Shown here: positions 32,290-36,471 of the stretch, piece by piece
Position numbering within the stretch: the stretch's first letter is position 1
Layout: each line of letters starts with the position of its first letter
NCBI GenBank assembly: GCA_003990765.1
Contig: RBNJ01000217.1
Coordinates: forward strand, 1 to 36,471
Direction: 5' to 3'
DNA length: 36,471 nt
Source of the DNA: Jimgerdemannia flammicorona
Lineage: Eukaryota
The notes under the pieces: generated by a model
Database searches by the model: none
Seen by the model: the letters and a program-made list of their open reading frames with translations, nothing else
What the model was told of the DNA's origin: nothing
Program-made: the position numbers and the translations under genes

Positions 32290-34486
32290 CTATATAAATT
32301 ACATACTACACTATATATAAAATGAATGGCTTCTATAGATTGAGTTATATAAAGATTAGTGCTATAGTTATATAGTACCTGAGTTCTCTGAAAGATTGTT
32401 CTTATAGTTCTATTCATTTATATAATATATACTTCTTTCTTAAGAAGTATTTGAATTAGGATAGTAATTTGAGCAAAGTTTTTAATAAATCTTTTATAGT
32501 AAAATACTAATATCAGGAATGATAGTATTTCCTTCTAAGTCTTAGATATATACTGGTTAGTTATTGATCTTTTCAGTTTTCTTAGATCTGTATAGGTTTC
32601 TTCTTTAGAGATAATAAATCTAAAACATTTGTGTTTTTGTTATCCTAAGTAGAATTTCTTAGTATTGAGCCTCAGGTAGTTCTTACAGATGAGCTGAAAG
32701 AATTCTTCTAGATAGTGTAGATATTCTTTAAAATTTACTAAATAGATGTTAGAATTGTCTATATATAAAATTAGATAGTAGTAGATCAGCAGGATATAGA
32801 CTGAGTTTATCATTCTCTGAAAGATTGGGGATATATTGTAGAGTTCAAAGGGCTTTTGGAGGTATTTAAACAATTTTCCTAAGATGAGAAAAGCTGTTTT
32901 CTAAATATCCTTAGAGTCTATAGAGATCTTATATAATTCTGTAAAAATATTTATACTGCTGAAGTATTTGATATCTTATAATTGAAAAAGAAGATCATCA
33001 ATTCTGGACAAAGGATAGATATTATTTTCTATTGCTAAATTGAGCTTCCTGTAATCTATCCAGAGTCTCTATCCTCCTTTCTTATGTATAATAAGTATAA
33101 GACTACTCCAGAGACTGATAGAGGGTCAGATAACTCTATTGTCTCAGAGTTTCTAAAGTTTTTCTTCTGGAATATCTTTCAATCATAGGGTATTCTATAA
33201 GACTTTTGTTGGATAGGTTTTGTATTTCCTGTATTTACACTATAGTAGTATTATGAATTATATAGTAAATTACTATAGTCTATAGTAAAGATGTTCTGAT
33301 ATTTGTAAAAAAGTTCTATTAGTTGCTATTGTTGCTGAGGTGTCAATTCTTCTCTAATATTAGTAGGAGGCTTTACTTAATCCTAAATTATAAAAAGGCC
33401 TTTCTTTCTTCTAGAATCTTTTACCATTTCCTGATAAGTTTAGTTAATTAACTTCTCTATATTCATATCTAATTGAGATAGAGTATTAGATAGTCTCTGA
33501 TGGTTTCTTTTTGCAGAATGAGACTCTCTCAGTCTTAGTTAATTGCTTGAGAGTACACAGGATTAATTTTGTAAGAAAATGTATGACCTCTATACTCAGA
33601 TTCTTGATATTCTTATTGGATTTAAAGAAGAGATTTCTAGGATCAGGTGGGGCAAATATTTCGAAAAATTGTCTGCTCTCTTAGTTCTTAGATGAGGTTC
33701 TTATATAGCTTAACTGATTAGTAGTATACTTGTAGAGGGGCATTCTTCTTAAAGTGATTAACCTAGAGGAGGTACACTTCTTTCTTATCTGAGCTTCTAA
33801 ATCCTTCAGTTTATCTTATACCTTGAGTTAGTTAGGAGACTTCTTGTAGTTAGAAAGTCTTAATCTTTATGAATATTTTTTGTCTCTTTGTAGATTCAGT
33901 TCTATTCTATACTGCTATTATTCAAGATGACTCTGATTTTGACTATATACTCAGGGTCTATTGTTTCTTCTTCTATAGTTATTACTTGTCTAATAAGTCT
34001 AGATCTCAAGGTCAGTTGGAGTTAGTTCCTTTAGGTAGCTATATAAGTAGTCCTGTACTAGTACTTTTATTCTTCCAGACTTAATAGATTTATTTTCAAG
34101 GCTGTGAAGGTCATATTCTACATCTTTCTATTGAGCTTTTATTGGGGGTTTGGTCTTCAGATATAGTAAGACATACTGAGTAATATCTTTACTGAGTTTG
34201 AATTATCCTTAGGATAAAGCTCCAGTGAATATAAGCCTCTATACTCTAAAGTTAATATATGGCTATCTGGCTCCAGTAGTGGAATCTCAGAGATAATAAA
34301 TTTCTCTTTTTCTCATTAGATCTAGAGCTCTTATAAAGTTGATAATATCTTCTGCCCATTCTTAACATGTTTTATACTTGATGAGTGCTAGAATACTATT
34401 TTCTAGATCATAGATTTTAAGAGTCTTCTTAGTCTGATTTCTTCAGATCTGAGCTCTGTTATCTCCTTTTTTGAGTATATAGATAG
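32290..34486 (-). mobile_element. Decayed Ty3/gypsy pol fragment (PR-RT-start of RNase H)
   Basis: RLWIDYRKLNLAIENNIYPLSRIDDLLF (~32985-33070), KYLQKPFELYNISPIFQRMIN, YIDN box, YYKRFIKNFAQIT (~32465-32503), KPFILY (~32320), possible EAYI(D)TGA protease at ~34220-34240. Confidence 0.8.
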
Positions 34487-34916
34487 TGTAACAGACCAAA
34501 CGTACCACCTGAATTATAACTTAGCCAGATGATGTGAACAATTAGCATACTTACTCAGCACAATGTGACTTCCAGTGTATCATAGTTACTTATGCCTGCC
34601 ACACTTATAATTAGCCAGGACACCAGATCAGAATTGTTTACCTGTGTCCTGAGGACACACTTATGTCTGGCAGACACACTCATGTCCTGCAGACACACTC
34701 ATGTCCTGCAGACACACTCATGTCCTGTGGACACACCTGTACCCAGAGGACACACCCAAACATTACCAAAGATAGCAAATCTATAGTTAGCCACATAGCA
34801 ACCAGATAGCAACCAACTTGTATAAATTACCCCAGAGGCGAGAGTGAATAAAACCTCAGTCCGAAATACAAATACCAAAGAAGCCTCTAAAGATTGAGCA
34901 TTGGTCCCCTTTCTAC
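34487..34916 (+). repeat. 5' part of a sister-subfamily LTR, interrupted by insertion of the element starting at 34917
   Basis: Starts TGTAACAGACCAAACGTACCACCTGAAT, similar to the start of the 736-2070 LTR. 34773-34916 is near-identical to 963-1106 and stops abruptly at CCCCTTTCTAC|TGTGATAAGCC. Confidence 0.8.
34654..34755. repeat. 19-bp tandem array (GACACACTCATGTCCTGCA), six GACACAC cores
   Basis: Cores at 34654, 34673, 34692, 34711, 34730 and 34749. Confidence 0.9.
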
Positions 34917-36354
34917 TGTGATAAGCCAAGATGTACTACCCAAATCATATCTTAACCAGATGAAGCAAACAGAATGATGTGAACACTCAGCTTAGTAACC
35001 GGCAAGCCTTGCTGCAGAAACTGTATAAATAGCCAGACATACCAGAAAGGGTCTGTTTACCTGTACAGACTCTGTACACCGTACAGACTCTGTATACTGT
35101 ACAGGTCCTGTACACCATACAGACTCTGTACACCTGCCATAAGTAGCAGATCTATAGTTAGCCACATAGTAACCAGATAGCAACCAACTTGTATAAATTA
35201 CCCCAGAGGCAAGAGTGAATAAAACCTCAGTCCGAAATACAAATACCAAACAAGCCTCTAAAGATTGAGCATTGGTCCCCTTTCCACTCCGGTCCACTTT
35301 CCGATACAAAGAAGAGTTGTTATGTTTTTGGTTCGCTTGCCAGATAAGCCTGAAGAATTCAAATTTGCTGCCTAAGTTCAAGAAGAACTTCGCCGCCTTT
35401 GAAGAGAAACCTGCCACTTAAGGAATAAGCTGCGCTACGTTTTGGTCCGCTTGCCAGATAAGCCTGAAGATTTCCACCTTTTCTGCTGCCTAAAAGAAAG
35501 CCGCCTTGCTTAAGCCAGTTTCTGACACAACTTTGCAGTGATTTGTCATGCAAACGAAGCCAGTCTTTGATGTAACTTTGCCAAGAGACCCTTTCCAAAA
35601 GCCGCCATCCAGTTTCCCAGTTGAAGCTGCCGTTCTCAAGTTATCTGTATTCCCAGTTAAGCCGCCAATTCAGGAAGAATCCGCGCCATCCAAGTTATTT
35701 CCCAGAAAACCCGCGCCATCCGAGTAGTATTCCCAGTTGAAGCCGATTCAGGAAGAATCTACGCCACCCGAGTTATCTGAGTTATCCGCCGCCTTTTGAA
35801 TCATCCGCCGTATTCCCAGTTAAGCTGCCGTTTTCAAGAAGTCTACTGATTCAGGAAGAATCTGCGTCGTCTGCCATTTTCAAGTTATCTGCATTCTCAG
35901 AAGAACCATCTGAGTTATTCGTCATTCTCAGTGAACCCAGTATAGAAGAAACCATGCCAAATATTCCCAGTGAGCCAAATCGAGTTATCCGCCGAAATTA
36001 TCAGAACGTCCCACATAAGGAACCCATCGCGCTACACAGAGATCGTCACGCAGAAATCACATAAGGAGAACCGCTAAATTGCCAGATCGTCACTCAAGAA
36101 GGAAACCGCTCACGCTACACAAATTGTACCATTCCCAGTTGACCCAAGAAGGAAGTCTATTCACACACAAATTGCCGCTACACTCAGAGAACCATCCCAA
36201 AAAGGAAACCGCTCGCACAGTATCCAGATCTTGACTATTATACCACTAAATACCAAGAACATTTTGTTGCTTTTAACAAAGTAACTGGGGGCTCAAGCCA
36301 AACTACATCAATCCCCAACCTTGTAATTTGCCTCCATTGAGCCAGCACGTTACA
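34917..36354 (+). mobile_element. 5' LTR (1438 bp) of an LTR retrotransposon continuing beyond the window
   Basis: TGTGATAAGCC...GCACGTTACA, homologous to 736-2070. Followed by a PBS and a probable gag start (ATG 36388, next codon TGA, possibly from CGA). Confidence 0.9.
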
Positions 36355-36356
36355 TT

Positions 36357-36373
36357 TGGGGGCTCAACTGGGA
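36357..36373 (+). promoter_or_regulatory. Primer-binding site, tRNA-Pro-like (TGGGGGCTCAACTGGGA)
   Basis: Lies 2 nt after the LTR end and resembles the classic tRNA-Pro PBS TGGGGGCTCGTCCGGGA. Confidence 0.7.
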
Positions 36374-36471
36374 AGATTTCAAAATCGATGTGACTTTTCA
36401 GCTCACAAGAACCCACAGTCAAACTGGATACATTTGATACAACACCAATCTCTGCCACTACAGGAGAACCA

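Overview
Eukaryotic, most likely fungal, genomic DNA. The intron-rich gene style and the BTB-BACK and Ubp15 sequences suggest an early-diverging fungus (Mucoromycota-like); this taxonomy is inference. A CpG-retaining island (~18.9-26.1 kb) holds one intact 15-exon gene (20113-24618, +, 1035 aa). Both flanks are nested transposons decayed by C:G>T:A transitions: two Ty1/copia relics, a full-length Ty3/gypsy (7545-14258, -) with a dUTPase between protease and RT plus an extra ORF after integrase, a DD34E Tc1 element, a LINE ORF1 relic, further gypsy fragments and a family of long (1.3-1.4 kb) LTRs. The strongest candidate for a new system is the gene. It fuses a Cullin3-adaptor-type BTB-BACK module, inside one exon, to a USP7/Ubp15 paralogue. 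That paralogue has Ser in place of the catalytic Cys, eroded ubiquitin-binding motifs, and no UBL3-5 or activating tail, yet it keeps both USP7 substrate-docking motifs (MATH DWGF, UBL2 DGD). It may be a deubiquitinase rebuilt as an E3 adaptor or decoy. All domain calls come from motif recognition by eye; no searches were run.
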